NCBI GenBank assembly: GCA_001029695.1
Contig: CP011211.1
Location: 90,001 to 122,000 of the forward strand
Direction: 5' to 3'
Source of the DNA: Candidatus Saccharimonadota bacterium
Lineage (GTDB): Bacteria > Patescibacteriota > Saccharimonadia > Saccharimonadales > Saccharimonadaceae
DNA length: 32,000 nucleotides
The notes beneath the pieces are model-generated. The model was not told the DNA's origin. It was given only the letters and a program-made list of their open reading frames with translations, and searched no databases. The position numbers and the translations under genes are program-made. Within the stretch, counting starts at the first letter, position 1. The number at the start of each line of letters is the position of its first letter. Positions 1 through 8,302 of this stretch are shown here, one piece after another.

Positions 1-1418
1 ACGGGCTCGAGCTTTGCCTGATCAGCAGGACTGCTAATGCTCATCAGCGGAATGATATGGAAGTTTCCATCACCGTAGTGGCCAGCGATTGTAGCCGGTA
101 GCTTATACTTACGAATGATTTTTCGGAGCGCCGGGAGGAACTCTGGCAGGTATTTTGGCTGGACAGTAAGATCATCCATGAAAGGACTCGCGTATTTGTC
201 GTGAACTTTTTGACGTAGAAGCATAAGACTTGCACGACGGATTTGCCAAAATGGCTTACTCGCCTCTTCAGTGTCCTCTATATCTGTTTTAATTTTGTAG
301 CCAGAAAGCGCGCTGCGTAGCGTGACTATCTTGTCATAGACTTCTTCAGGGGTTTTACCTTCAAATTCCACCATCATGATCATATGTGGGAGGTGGCCAC
401 GAAACTTCGCTACAGAGCCGGCTAGCTGTGCTTGCATCTTCGCCCATTCCTTGAGGCCAAGTTGCTTCTTAAATACCTTGAAGTGTTTGATACCAAGCTC
501 GAAAGTGATATCGTCGAAGCCCTCAAAGGTGGCAGGTTCATGAGCCATGACTGTTTTAATGATATCGCCAAGCTGCTTAATAGTAGGTAAATAAATAACC
601 AGCAACCCGGTGTGCGGGGCTTTTGGAACAAGATGCATTTTGATGTCGGTAATGATTCCGAGCGTTCCTTGGCTGCCCGTGATCAGATGTGTAAGGTCAA
701 ATATACCCGTATCACGATCCCATGTACTCCAGAGGTTATAGCCCATAGAGTTTTTGTTGACATGCGGGCGAGCGTTTTTGATGATGTCATAATTTTCTTC
801 GATTAGCTCAAATACCTGACGATATATTTCGCCTTCAAAATCACCTTTCGCGATTTTGACATCAAGCTCTCGTTTTGTCAGTGGTTTGACGGTGTATTCT
901 TTCCCATCACGGAAGACAACTTTAAGTTCTTTGACAAAGTTTTCGGTATTGCCATAGCGAAGTGATTGTTCTCCTCCGCTGTTGTTTCCAACCATCCCAC
1001 CGATAGTACAGATCGCGCGGCTCGCTGGAACGCATCCAAGCATCGTGCCGTTTGCATTAGTGCGTGGATCAATATCCCTCATGTGTACGCCGGGCTGCGT
1101 ATGAAGTTCAGCGCGTGAAACGCTATGGATGGTATTGAAATGCTTTGTCATATCGACAAGGAGTGAGTTACCTATAGCGGCGCCTGACATATCGGTACCG
1201 GCGCTCCGAGGCGTGATTGAGAGCGAAGGATACTCACGTTTATGTTCAGCGACGAATGTAACAAGTTTTCGAATATCAAGTGAGTTTTTGGGAAACAGCA
1301 CCGCATCTGGGACAAGCTCATAGATGCTTGCATCATGACTGTAGTTTTTTCGAGTGGTTTCAGCGGTGATAATTTCACCTTCAAAAATGTCTTTTAGCGC
1401 TAAGATAATACGTTGCAT
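1..1418 (-). CDS. FAD-binding oxidoreductase (GlcD / D-lactate dehydrogenase-like FAD-linked oxidase), N-terminal ~472 aa; the 3' end runs off the window
   Basis: Absent from the ORF track because there is no stop in the window. Manual minus-strand translation from the ATG (complement of 1416-1418) gives MQRIILALKDIFEGEIITAETTRKNYSHDASIYELVPDAVLFPKN...CTIGGMVGNNSGGEQSLRYGNT..., open to position 1. GGAG lies 4 nt upstream (1423-1426). Confidence 0.8.
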   Translation of the reverse strand, partial: MQRIILALKDIFEGEIITAETTRKNYSHDASIYELVPDAVLFPKNSLDIRKLVTFVAEHKREYPSLSITPRSAGTDMSGAAIGNSLLVDMTKHFNTIHSVSRAELHTQPGVHMRDIDPRTNANGTMLGCVPASRAICTIGGMVGNNSGGEQSLRYGNTENFVKELKVVFRDGKEYTVKPLTKRELDVKIAKGDFEGEIYRQVFELIEENYDIIKNARPHVNKNSMGYNLWSTWDRDTGIFDLTHLITGSQGTLGIITDIKMHLVPKAPHTGLLVIYLPTIKQLGDIIKTVMAHEPATFEGFDDITFELGIKHFKVFKKQLGLKEWAKMQAQLAGSVAKFRGHLPHMIMMVEFEGKTPEEVYDKIVTLRSALSGYKIKTDIEDTEEASKPFWQIRRASLMLLRQKVHDKYASPFMDDLTVQPKYLPEFLPALRKIIRKYKLPATIAGHYGDGNFHIIPLMSISSPADQAKLEP

Positions 1419-1464
1419 ATATCTCCATCATACCATAAGTACAATGGAGATAATCGAGATAGGC

Positions 1465-2685
1465 CTAGAGCTTTTTAGCTGATTTTTTGAAGATCGTGTT
1501 CCAGGAGAGTGTCCGTGAATATTCGAGCGCTCCGTAGCGGAACATACGTACGGCAACTGCTAGTGCAACGGTTGCGCTTATTGCTAGGATAACGATAGCA
1601 ATCAGAGCATCTGTGTGGCTGAGATTGCCCACGGCATTGCGGAGCATCAGTGGAATTGGCGCAGTGAGTGGGAAGAATGAAAGAATCTTGACAAGAACAG
1701 AGTCTGGCTGCGATAGGAATAGAGTCACCGCATAGAGTGGGCCAAAGATGAACACCATAACCATACCGAAATATCCGCCAGCCTCTTTCGCAGTTGGCGT
1801 CGCTGCGCCGATCGCAACGAGCAGTCCCGTAAAGAGTAGGAAGCTAAGTACAAATATTGTTGCAGAAATTGCGATACGAAGTGGATCGATCGGAATACTA
1901 GTAAGATCAAAGTTTGGTAGCGACAACTGCTCTCTAAATAACAGATATCCGACCACGATAGGAACCAGGATGATTAGTATTTGCACTACCGCTAGGACGA
2001 TTAGTGAGAAGATCTTACCGATGATCAGGGTTCGCGCCTCGATTGTCGTAAGGATCATTTCGATCACCCTATTCTCTTTTTCTTCTGTCGTGCTTGTGAG
2101 CATTTGGTTGCCGAACATAGTGATGAGAATGTAGAACAGCACGAGGAATATTCCTGGAGCAATTAATTCTTTAAACCCGTCAAACGGTTGGCCGTCTTTG
2201 TAGGTTGTTGAACTAAAGCCGACATTCCCCTGTAGGATAGAAGTCGTCTGCGGGTCTACTGACGGAGCGACAGACTGCTGGAGGAGCATTTTTGCAACAC
2301 CTTCGTAGCGACCATTGTCGAATAAGCCTACGTCTTTTGCGTATACCTCAACGCGCTCTTTGCTAACATCTTGCGGATAGTAAAAGTAGGCATCAAGCTT
2401 ACCGGCCGTCACTTGGTCGATGCTCGCTTGCTTATCAGTTGATTCAGTCGCGTTAAACTGCTTAACGAGATCTTTGTTGATCAATCCACTCTTGTCTGTG
2501 ATTGCGATGCTAAACTTCTCATTCTTTGTATCTTCAGCCGCCTGACTCGTTGTTTTGTTTGAGAAAAAGATAATCGCAAAAACGACACCAATGATTACTG
2601 GAAACGAAAATGCTGTAATCCAGAATGATTTTTTCTTGAGTGTTCGTCGAACTTCAAACTGAAAAACGGTACCTAGATTATGCAT
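1465..2685 (-). CDS. ABC-2 type transporter permease (NatB-like)
   Basis: 406-aa ORF with an N-terminal TM, a large extracytoplasmic loop and a C-terminal cluster of ~5 TM helices. Its ATG overlaps the upstream ATPase stop by 1 nt (TAATG at 2683-2687). Confidence 0.8.
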   Translation of the reverse strand: MHNLGTVFQFEVRRTLKKKSFWITAFSFPVIIGVVFAIIFFSNKTTSQAAEDTKNEKFSIAITDKSGLINKDLVKQFNATESTDKQASIDQVTAGKLDAYFYYPQDVSKERVEVYAKDVGLFDNGRYEGVAKMLLQQSVAPSVDPQTTSILQGNVGFSSTTYKDGQPFDGFKELIAPGIFLVLFYILITMFGNQMLTSTTEEKENRVIEMILTTIEARTLIIGKIFSLIVLAVVQILIILVPIVVGYLLFREQLSLPNFDLTSIPIDPLRIAISATIFVLSFLLFTGLLVAIGAATPTAKEAGGYFGMVMVFIFGPLYAVTLFLSQPDSVLVKILSFFPLTAPIPLMLRNAVGNLSHTDALIAIVILAISATVALAVAVRMFRYGALEYSRTLSWNTIFKKSAKKL

Positions 2686-3449
2686 TATTTCTTCTCCTCT
2701 TCTGGTTCGTTTTCGTCCCCGTACACCTTTATGAAAATATCGTCGAGCGACATGCCGTTAAATCGTCTCTTAACTTCTGCGATGGTACCGTATGCATACG
2801 ATGTGCCGTCTTTGAGCAGGATGATACGGTCACAAAGACGTTCAACTTCTTCCATTTGGTGAGTAACAAAGATGATTGTTGCTCCAGCTCGTTGGTGCTC
2901 TTCGATGATATCCATGAGTAGTCGACGATTTACTGGGTCAAATCCCTTCGTCGGCTCATCAAGAATGAGGAGGTCTGGGTCGTTCATGATGGTGATGCCG
3001 AGCTGGATTTTCTGCTGTTGACCACCCGATAGTTTATCGAGGCGAGTTGAAGCTTTGTCACTTAGCTTGACGCGCTCAAGATATGCTTCAGATCGCTGTC
3101 TTGCGTCTGCTTTTGAAAGTCCTTTTAGCTGGCCGAAATATATCATGACATCAATGACGGACTCTTTTTTGTAGAGACCACGTTCTTCAGGGAGGTAGCC
3201 GAGCTTTGCGCCACTCGATACTGAGAATTGCTCACCGTTGATCAATAGTTCTCCATCAGTTGGCTGATAGATACCTAGAAGTGCACGGATGGTCGTTGTT
3301 TTACCAGACCCATTGCTACCGAGAAAACCGAAAACTTCGCCCTTCTTCACCTCAAATGATAAATCTTTGATGACTGTCTTTTTGCCAAAATCCATTCTGA
3401 AATGATCGACAGTAACGGCATTTTGCTGGGTTGTTGGTGATTTGCTCAC
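2685..3449 (-). CDS. ABC transporter ATP-binding protein
   Basis: Walker A GSNGSGKTT, signature LSGGQQQK, Walker B LLILDEP. GTG start preceded by GAGGAGG (3454-3460). Confidence 0.92.
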   Translation of the reverse strand: MSKSPTTQQNAVTVDHFRMDFGKKTVIKDLSFEVKKGEVFGFLGSNGSGKTTTIRALLGIYQPTDGELLINGEQFSVSSGAKLGYLPEERGLYKKESVIDVMIYFGQLKGLSKADARQRSEAYLERVKLSDKASTRLDKLSGGQQQKIQLGITIMNDPDLLILDEPTKGFDPVNRRLLMDIIEEHQRAGATIIFVTHQMEEVERLCDRIILLKDGTSYAYGTIAEVKRRFNGMSLDDIFIKVYGDENEPEEEKK

Positions 3450-3510
3450 ACATCCTCCTCACTAAGGTCTGGTTATTAGTTCTATGGTAGCACAGCGTAT
3501 TCGCTCGTCG

Positions 3511-4005
3511 CTAGTTTAGGATGGCGACGCCGATAGTCAGATACGAGGCGAAACACACCCATGCAAGGTATGGCACAAAAAGCCACGCTGCGAGAGAACT
3601 GTATTTGCGAAAATAATAGATAGTCGCTAATATACTCGTGATAAGTAATGTAATTACCACTACTCCAAGCCATGGAAGATGAAGCCCGAAGAAGACCAAA
3701 GACCAGAGGGTGTTGAGAACTAGTTGAGTGCTAAAGGCGCTATACGCTAAAATCTTATTTTTTGGCGAGCGAGTTTTGACGACAAGGTATAGAGATATAC
3801 CGATGAGCAAGTACAGCACAGTCCAGACCGGCCCAAAAACTTCATTTGGCGGAAGGAGTGGCGGTTTTTCCAATGACGCGTACCACGTCGGAATGTTTGG
3901 AATTGTGGCCAGTGAACCAATTGCGCCAGCAACAAATGAGGTAGCTATACAGGCAACGGCAATAAAAAATGATCGAATCTTATGGTCGTTTGAAGGTATG
4001 TCCAC
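3511..4005 (-). CDS. tspO: TspO/MBR family tryptophan-rich sensory protein
   Basis: Five-TM 164-aa protein with TspO hallmarks: PTWYASLEKPPLLPPNEVFGPVWTVLYLLIG, W-rich helices. GTG start lies 5 nt after the upstream small ORF stop. Confidence 0.88.
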   Translation of the reverse strand: MDIPSNDHKIRSFFIAVACIATSFVAGAIGSLATIPNIPTWYASLEKPPLLPPNEVFGPVWTVLYLLIGISLYLVVKTRSPKNKILAYSAFSTQLVLNTLWSLVFFGLHLPWLGVVVITLLITSILATIYYFRKYSSLAAWLFVPYLAWVCFASYLTIGVAILN

Positions 4006-4009
4006 TTAG

Positions 4010-4168
4010 TTATGCTCCGATATCACTACGCTCAAAACCGTATTGCTCGAGTACATCAATCACCGCCTCTTGATCCCCTACTTTGTACTCATGTGCGAGG
4101 GCATCTAAAAACTCACCTGAATTTTCGTATATTTCTCCGCCAAATTCGTATACTACGGGCTCGCTCAT
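4010..4168 (-). CDS. small acidic hypothetical protein (52 aa), co-transcribed with tspO
   Basis: ORF-track 62-aa ORF trimmed to the internal ATG (MSEPVVYEFGGEIYEN...), which has AAAGGAA 8 nt upstream. No recognisable family. Confidence 0.5.
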   Translation of the reverse strand: MSEPVVYEFGGEIYENSGEFLDALAHEYKVGDQEAVIDVLEQYGFERSDIGA

Positions 4169-4240
4169 TTTTAGTTCCTTTCGTTTATGTACCCTCATCG
4201 TACGTTGGCCTGCGGATATTGTCCGTAAGAATTTTTACAG

Positions 4241-5206
4241 CTAAGATTTATGCGTTCTTGATGTAAGGATGTGCTTCAGAGCGCCCTGGACTAGTTCTAT
4301 GATTGAGTATGTGCCTACAGTCGTCGGTGTGGTGAGTAGCTCGTGAAGCCTTGCCTGGATTTCCTCGCTGTGGTTAGAGATGTATTCGGTAAGAGATAAA
4401 AGCTCGCGGCCTCTTTTCCGATAGTTATTTCGTAGTTCAGTCTGTATGGCACGTGTCTCATCTTCGTTGAAAAAATGTCGCAGATCGTCATGGATAGTAC
4501 TGAGACGATCGCTTGCAAATGATTGTTGCAAGAGAAGGAGCTGGGTGATTTTTAGCGGAAGGCTTGCGTTTAGCTCAAGTTTTTGGGTCTCTGCTAGTAA
4601 GGTGGGAATATCGCTAATAATTCGAGACGTCCCTTCCATGGTAGTGGCATTGATATCTCCCATCGCGAGGGCAAGGCTTATCGGGCTCGGTGTTCTCTCA
4701 TGTAGGCGGCTTTGGACGATACCGTGTTCAGAATGTTCGGTAGTGGTTGCTATAATTGCGTTGTTTACTTTTACGGTATCGAGTTCTGGGTAGCCGAATT
4801 GCTTCATGAGCTCTGCGGTGAGTCTGGCGCTCGCCTCTTCGTCGCTGAGTTCGGAATCGTGATCCTTGTTGAACCATGAGTCATGACCAGCTGCCGCTAT
4901 GAGAAGGAGTTCGTAGTCGTGGAGGTGTATTTTTTCTGGAACTGATGCATCAAACACGGCAAGAATTTTCAGTGATCGATCGATGACATCGTAGCCATGA
5001 GTGTCGTTGTGGTAGGCTTTATATTCCGATGTATCGACGCGCCCGTATCGTTCGTATGCTTGACCAAGAAGCTCTGATGCAACTGTATATGCACTATCGT
5101 TGATCTGAATCGAAGGATGCTGCTCGCCTACTAGCTTACGGAGCTTCTTAGTATAGTAAGTCTTGGGAGATGCTTCTCGTTCATTGCTACGTGGGGATTG
5201 TTCCAT
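4241..5206 (-). CDS. HD-domain (metal-dependent phosphohydrolase superfamily) protein
   Basis: H...HD...D pattern: YHNDTHGYDV ... LLLIAAAGHDSWFNKDHD. 321 aa. Confidence 0.6.
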   Translation of the reverse strand: MEQSPRSNEREASPKTYYTKKLRKLVGEQHPSIQINDSAYTVASELLGQAYERYGRVDTSEYKAYHNDTHGYDVIDRSLKILAVFDASVPEKIHLHDYELLLIAAAGHDSWFNKDHDSELSDEEASARLTAELMKQFGYPELDTVKVNNAIIATTTEHSEHGIVQSRLHERTPSPISLALAMGDINATTMEGTSRIISDIPTLLAETQKLELNASLPLKITQLLLLQQSFASDRLSTIHDDLRHFFNEDETRAIQTELRNNYRKRGRELLSLTEYISNHSEEIQARLHELLTTPTTVGTYSIIELVQGALKHILTSRTHKS

Positions 5207-5238
5207 TACGTGGCGTACCTCAGCTATTTAATAGGTAT

Positions 5239-5247
5239 ATTATACCA
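5239..5247 (-). promoter_or_regulatory. extended -10 promoter element TGGTATAAT for the HD-domain gene
   Basis: The minus strand reads TGGTATAAT 32 nt upstream of the ATG at 5206. It sits in an AT-rich divergent intergenic region. Confidence 0.5.
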
Positions 5248-5316
5248 TATTTTAATAATCTAAATTATACGCAAGATGTAAAGTCGGGTATAATGGGAGG
5301 ATTAAAGGAGGCTGTC

Positions 5317-5688
5317 ATGGCATTAGAAGGAACAAAATTAGAGGGATTTGATCCCCGAGAGTCAGTTGAATCACTTGAGGTGATAGATGTTGTTGAGGGT
5401 ACAGGTGCAGAAGTACCCGCAGGGGCGACAATCACCGCTCACTATACCGGCGCACTGGTCGCTGATGGAACGATTTTCCAGAGCTCGCGTGACTTCGGTC
5501 GTCCTATTAGTTTTGGGCTAAATCAGGTTATTAAGGGTTGGACTGATGGTGTGCCTGGTATGAAAGTTGGCGGTACGCGACGGCTTGTTATCCCTGCAGC
5601 TCAGGCGTACGGCGCAAGCTCGCCCGCTGCAAACATTCCAGCAAACTCAGACCTCGTGTTCGATATCGAACTAGTTGAAATTAACTAG
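5317..5688 (+). CDS. FKBP-type peptidyl-prolyl cis-trans isomerase
   Basis: Core motifs HYTGALVADGTIFQSSRD...FGLNQVIKGWTDGVPGMKVGGTRRLVIP...AYG...IPANSDLVFDIELV. Start reset to ATG 5317, behind AAAGGAGG (5305-5312). TATAAT at 5289-5294. Confidence 0.92.
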   Translation: MALEGTKLEGFDPRESVESLEVIDVVEGTGAEVPAGATITAHYTGALVADGTIFQSSRDFGRPISFGLNQVIKGWTDGVPGMKVGGTRRLVIPAAQAYGASSPAANIPANSDLVFDIELVEIN

Positions 5689-5731
5689 TCGATCGCGATA
5701 CTATAGATACATAACATAAGGAGTACTGCAT

Positions 5732-5815
5732 ATGTCAAAAGGTACCGATCAGAAAAAGGCAGCAAAGAAGCCAAAGTCTAAAGAAAAAGTTAAAAAAGAG
5801 AAAAAAGAGTACTAA
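5732..5815 (+). CDS. candidate 27-aa lysine-rich micro-protein (MSKGTDQKKAAKKPKSKEKVKKEKKEY)
   Basis: Below the ORF-track cutoff. AAGGAG (5718-5723) lies 8 nt upstream of the ATG, and an intrinsic terminator follows immediately. Confidence 0.45.
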   Translation: MSKGTDQKKAAKKPKSKEKVKKEKKEY

Positions 5816-5823
5816 ACACTCCT

Positions 5824-5855
5824 ACCCCGCTGAAATATTATGCGGGGTATTTTTT
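5824..5855 (+). terminator. rho-independent terminator shared by convergent genes
   Basis: Stem ACCCCGC (5824-5830) / GCGGGGT (5842-5848), followed by ATTTTTT. Confidence 0.8.
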
Positions 5856-6564
5856 ATGCAGCAATAGTTGTCTGGGCTCGTGGTTGTCGAATAATTCTGG
5901 TAGCAACTGCTACGGTTGACGACGTAGCTAGGCGGCCAAGCTGACCTTGTATATTAAGAATATCCTCGATACCCTTGGGCCGAAAATCATCGACATCAAT
6001 CGGATGAAACTCGATAGGAATGCCCTCAAGCATAGCGAGCGCCTCGTGATACTCGTAGAATAGCTCGGTCAATCGATCATTTAATCTGCCTGACTTCATA
6101 TTGGGTTTTCGAACGAGCATCTTAGCATTCTGTACGCACCGATGCAGAGTGTCGATAGCGATTTGGGCTTCATTTGAGTAGTACATTACTTCTTCGCTAG
6201 GGAGTGTTGGTGGTTGTGTGACTGCATGTAGCCAATTATGGAAGTTTCTTGGTAGGTCACATCGATTACCGACGTTATTGCGAAATGAATGCGGGTTGAC
6301 GCGAGTGTTGGAGATATTTGGGTATTGATTGGACGGCCATTGTAGATGATGATCGTCGTCGAGTGTGGATGGCCACTTGTATTCGGCGATAAGTGTTTCA
6401 TTCACGGCTTTTAGCAGCTGTGTTTTGTCGACGAGTCCGAGAGGGCTGAGCGGCGTTTCGATTCGAGTGAATTGTGCTGATTTGAGGTTGCGAAACTCAG
6501 GTGCGCGTAGCTCTGGCGGAGGGAGTGTATGCGGTGCATCGTTAACACGACAAACCGATCTCAT
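5854..6564 (-). CDS. hypothetical protein with an HNH / His-Me-finger-like motif
   Basis: 236-aa ORF. Residues ~69-113 read DDDHHLQWP...N-x8-H-x3-H (NRCDLPRNFHNWLH), matching the spacing of colicin-type HNH nucleases. No signal peptide. AGGGA ~13 nt upstream of the ATG. Confidence 0.6.
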   Translation of the reverse strand: MRSVCRVNDAPHTLPPPELRAPEFRNLKSAQFTRIETPLSPLGLVDKTQLLKAVNETLIAEYKWPSTLDDDHHLQWPSNQYPNISNTRVNPHSFRNNVGNRCDLPRNFHNWLHAVTQPPTLPSEEVMYYSNEAQIAIDTLHRCVQNAKMLVRKPNMKSGRLNDRLTELFYEYHEALAMLEGIPIEFHPIDVDDFRPKGIEDILNIQGQLGRLATSSTVAVATRIIRQPRAQTTIAA

Positions 6565-6634
6565 TTTAGTCGTTTTTCCCTATTTGTGCTGCGCTCACCA
6601 TGATACTTATTAGTTATACGGAATGGGCAGTTGT

Positions 6635-6663
6635 TTGTAAATAGAGTCTATCTTCAATATACT
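6635..6663 (+). promoter_or_regulatory. sigma70-type promoter TTGTAA-17-TATACT, 6 nt before the DUF4342 ATG (leaderless geometry)
   Basis: TTGTAA 6635-6640, 17-nt spacer, TATACT 6658-6663, ATG at 6670, no SD. Confidence 0.6.
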
Positions 6664-6669
6664 CAAGAT

Positions 6670-6960
6670 ATGACAAAGACTACCACCGAAGAATTCAAAA
6701 TCAATGGCGAGGAACTCCTCTCAAAGGTGAAGCAACTTATTAATGAAGGTAATGTTCGTCGTATTATCATCAAAAACAAAGAAGGTAAATCGCTTGTAGA
6801 GTTGCCACTTACTATCGGTGTCGTAGGTGTGGTGCTCGCCCCTATGCTGGCGGCAGTCGGTGCAGTAGCTGCGCTGGTAACTGAATGCACCGTCGTGGTG
6901 GAGCGTGACGAGGTAAATAAAAAAGACGCCGTCGAGGGCGAAGTCATTTCGAAAAAATAG
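6670..6960 (+). CDS. DUF4342 domain-containing protein
   Basis: INGEELLSKVKQLINEGNVRRIIIKNKEGKSLVELPLTIGVVGVVLAPMLAAVGAVAALVTECTVVVER matches the DUF4342 signature as I recall it. The track's TTG start at 6631 falls inside the promoter. Confidence 0.8.
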   Translation: MTKTTTEEFKINGEELLSKVKQLINEGNVRRIIIKNKEGKSLVELPLTIGVVGVVLAPMLAAVGAVAALVTECTVVVERDEVNKKDAVEGEVISKK

Positions 6961-6977
6961 CAAGATAGGAGTGTGGC

Positions 6978-7018
6978 CCCGTCGCCTACGATGCCGTAGG
7001 CGACGGGATTTTGTTGTT
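6978..7018 (+). terminator. rho-independent terminator
   Basis: 13-bp perfect stem CCCGTCGCCTACG (6978-6990) / CGTAGGCGACGGG (6995-7007), loop ATGC, then ATTTTGTTGTT. Confidence 0.85.
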
Positions 7019-7248
7019 CATCGGTCGATAATATTGTCTGGCGGGAGAGATTGTAATGTCTCGACGATATTGCCAAGTTTTTCGTCAAACTCCTTCAACG
7101 TAGTGGTGTGTGTTCTTATCACTTCTTTTAGTCGCTCATCTTTCTTACGTTGTTCTTCGCGAGCCACACTTATATCGAGGTACACGGTAGTGCAGAGTGC
7201 AGCAATCAAGACGATTCCGACAGCGATGCAAAAAGTAACTCCGCTCAT
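7018..7248 (-). CDS. small membrane-anchored coiled-coil protein (76 aa)
   Basis: N-terminal TM (GVTFCIAVGIVLIAALCTTVYL) followed by a charged helix. ATG 7248 lies 7 nt after AGGAGA (7255-7260). Confidence 0.6.
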   Translation of the reverse strand: MSGVTFCIAVGIVLIAALCTTVYLDISVAREEQRKKDERLKEVIRTHTTTLKEFDEKLGNIVETLQSLPPDNIIDR

Positions 7249-7304
7249 CACCACTCTCCTATCTTGTCAAAGAACGCCATCGCGCTGATGTGTTCGTTAG
7301 CGAA

Positions 7305-7313
7305 AGTATACCA
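7305..7313 (-). promoter_or_regulatory. extended -10 element TGGTATACT upstream of the 76-aa membrane protein gene
   Basis: The minus strand reads TGGTATACT, ~55 nt upstream of the ATG at 7248. Confidence 0.45.
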
Positions 7314-7379
7314 TGAAATAAGAATAGAATGCAGTGCTATGTTATAGCTACTATTGCGTCCGTTTGCGCTACGCCTCCC

Positions 7380-7949
7380 TTATTGTCGCTTCTCGTCAAA
7401 TTCGTATTCGTACTCTGCTAAAAGTAACTCGTCTCTATAAAGCTTGAGGTTTTCGGCTTCAATCAGCATGAATGCATAGCCGGCAAGTACTCGCTCGGGT
7501 AAGATTCCTGCATATTTACGATCGCTTATCTGATCAAAATGAACTTGGATGAGTGTGTTGAGGTTGTATTGGCGGTCTAAGTATCCTTCAACCGTAAAGA
7601 TTAATTCATTACCTATCTCCACCATGTCGGGTAGTGGAGTGTCTCGGTTGATATCTTTAACTTTAATAAGTGGTCTTGTTGATCGGCTTTTGAGGGCCTT
7701 TGCTGCAGCGCAGGCGAAGTAAAAGGGTTCCCTTTTGTCTGGTGGTAGCTCTATGAGCTCATGAGTTTCTGAGAGGGTTGCATAAATAAAATCGATATAT
7801 TGTATCGTTACGTCTTCGTCGCTGGCGGTTAAATCGGGCTTGAATGTCCCCCGCTCTTCGTATTCATCTGCGAGCATGTCAATGGCAGGGTGAAGTTGTT
7901 CTTGAGCCATGGCGTTGAGTCTCACGAAAGAGGGGCTATTGGGATTCAT
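7380..7949 (-). CDS. acidic hypothetical protein (189 aa)
   Basis: Long ORF with no recognisable family. Start moved to ATG 7949 because the track's TTG (7986-7988) lies inside the -35 box of its own promoter. Confidence 0.6.
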   Translation of the reverse strand: MNPNSPSFVRLNAMAQEQLHPAIDMLADEYEERGTFKPDLTASDEDVTIQYIDFIYATLSETHELIELPPDKREPFYFACAAAKALKSRSTRPLIKVKDINRDTPLPDMVEIGNELIFTVEGYLDRQYNLNTLIQVHFDQISDRKYAGILPERVLAGYAFMLIEAENLKLYRDELLLAEYEYEFDEKRQ

Positions 7950-7959
7950 AGTATGCCAT

Positions 7960-7988
7960 ATTGTAGTGCGCCTACAGCAAAGTTGCAA
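7960..7988 (-). promoter_or_regulatory. promoter TTGCAA-17-TACAAT, 10 nt before ATG 7949 (very short or no leader)
   Basis: TTGCAA 7983-7988, 17-nt spacer, TACAAT (complement of 7960-7965). No SD. Confidence 0.55.
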
Positions 7989-8000
7989 GGAGCGTAAAAA

Positions 8001-8032
8001 TAAAAAAAATGGGACACAACTCTGTGTCCCAT
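8001..8032 (-). terminator. rho-independent terminator of the 83-aa gene
   Basis: 10-bp stem ATGGGACACA (8009-8018) / TGTGTCCCAT (8023-8032). On the minus strand it is followed by T8 (A-run 8002-8009). Confidence 0.85.
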
Positions 8033-8050
8033 TTTCATCATCCGCTCTTC

Positions 8051-8302
8051 CTAGCTAATACTAAGAAGTGTCCAGCTACCGCCATGATTGTCGGTGCGGA
8101 GCCGAAAGTCACTCTCACCATCACTCATCGTGAGGATCTGTGCGATTCGCTCCCCCTTACCAATGACTGTTCTGAGGCCTGCGTCGATAAAGTCATACGA
8201 CTTACCTGCATACTCCATGCGGCGCGGATAGGTGCGCATATTACGACCGAAAGCGATCGATGTAATAGCGACTGGACTGTTGATTGTGTTTGAATTTTTC
8301 AT
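8051..8302 (-). CDS. hypothetical protein (83 aa)
   Basis: ORF with strong SD context (AGAGGGGGAATAAGAAT-ATG) and its own terminator. No family recognised. Confidence 0.6.
   Translation of the reverse strand: MKNSNTINSPVAITSIAFGRNMRTYPRRMEYAGKSYDFIDAGLRTVIGKGERIAQILTMSDGESDFRLRTDNHGGSWTLLSIS

Noticed and set aside
6663-7088. 141-aa and 80-aa minus-strand ORFs antisense to the DUF4342 gene. Many similar nested or antisense ORFs occur elsewhere, e.g. 1748-2134, 10479-10829, 12944-13300, 19449-19880, 20201-20590, 22167-22511, 24741-25091 and 30801-31091.
   Set aside because: All lie inside, and antisense or out of frame to, genes with clear family signatures. They have low-complexity, shadow-ORF-like sequences and lack start-site signals.
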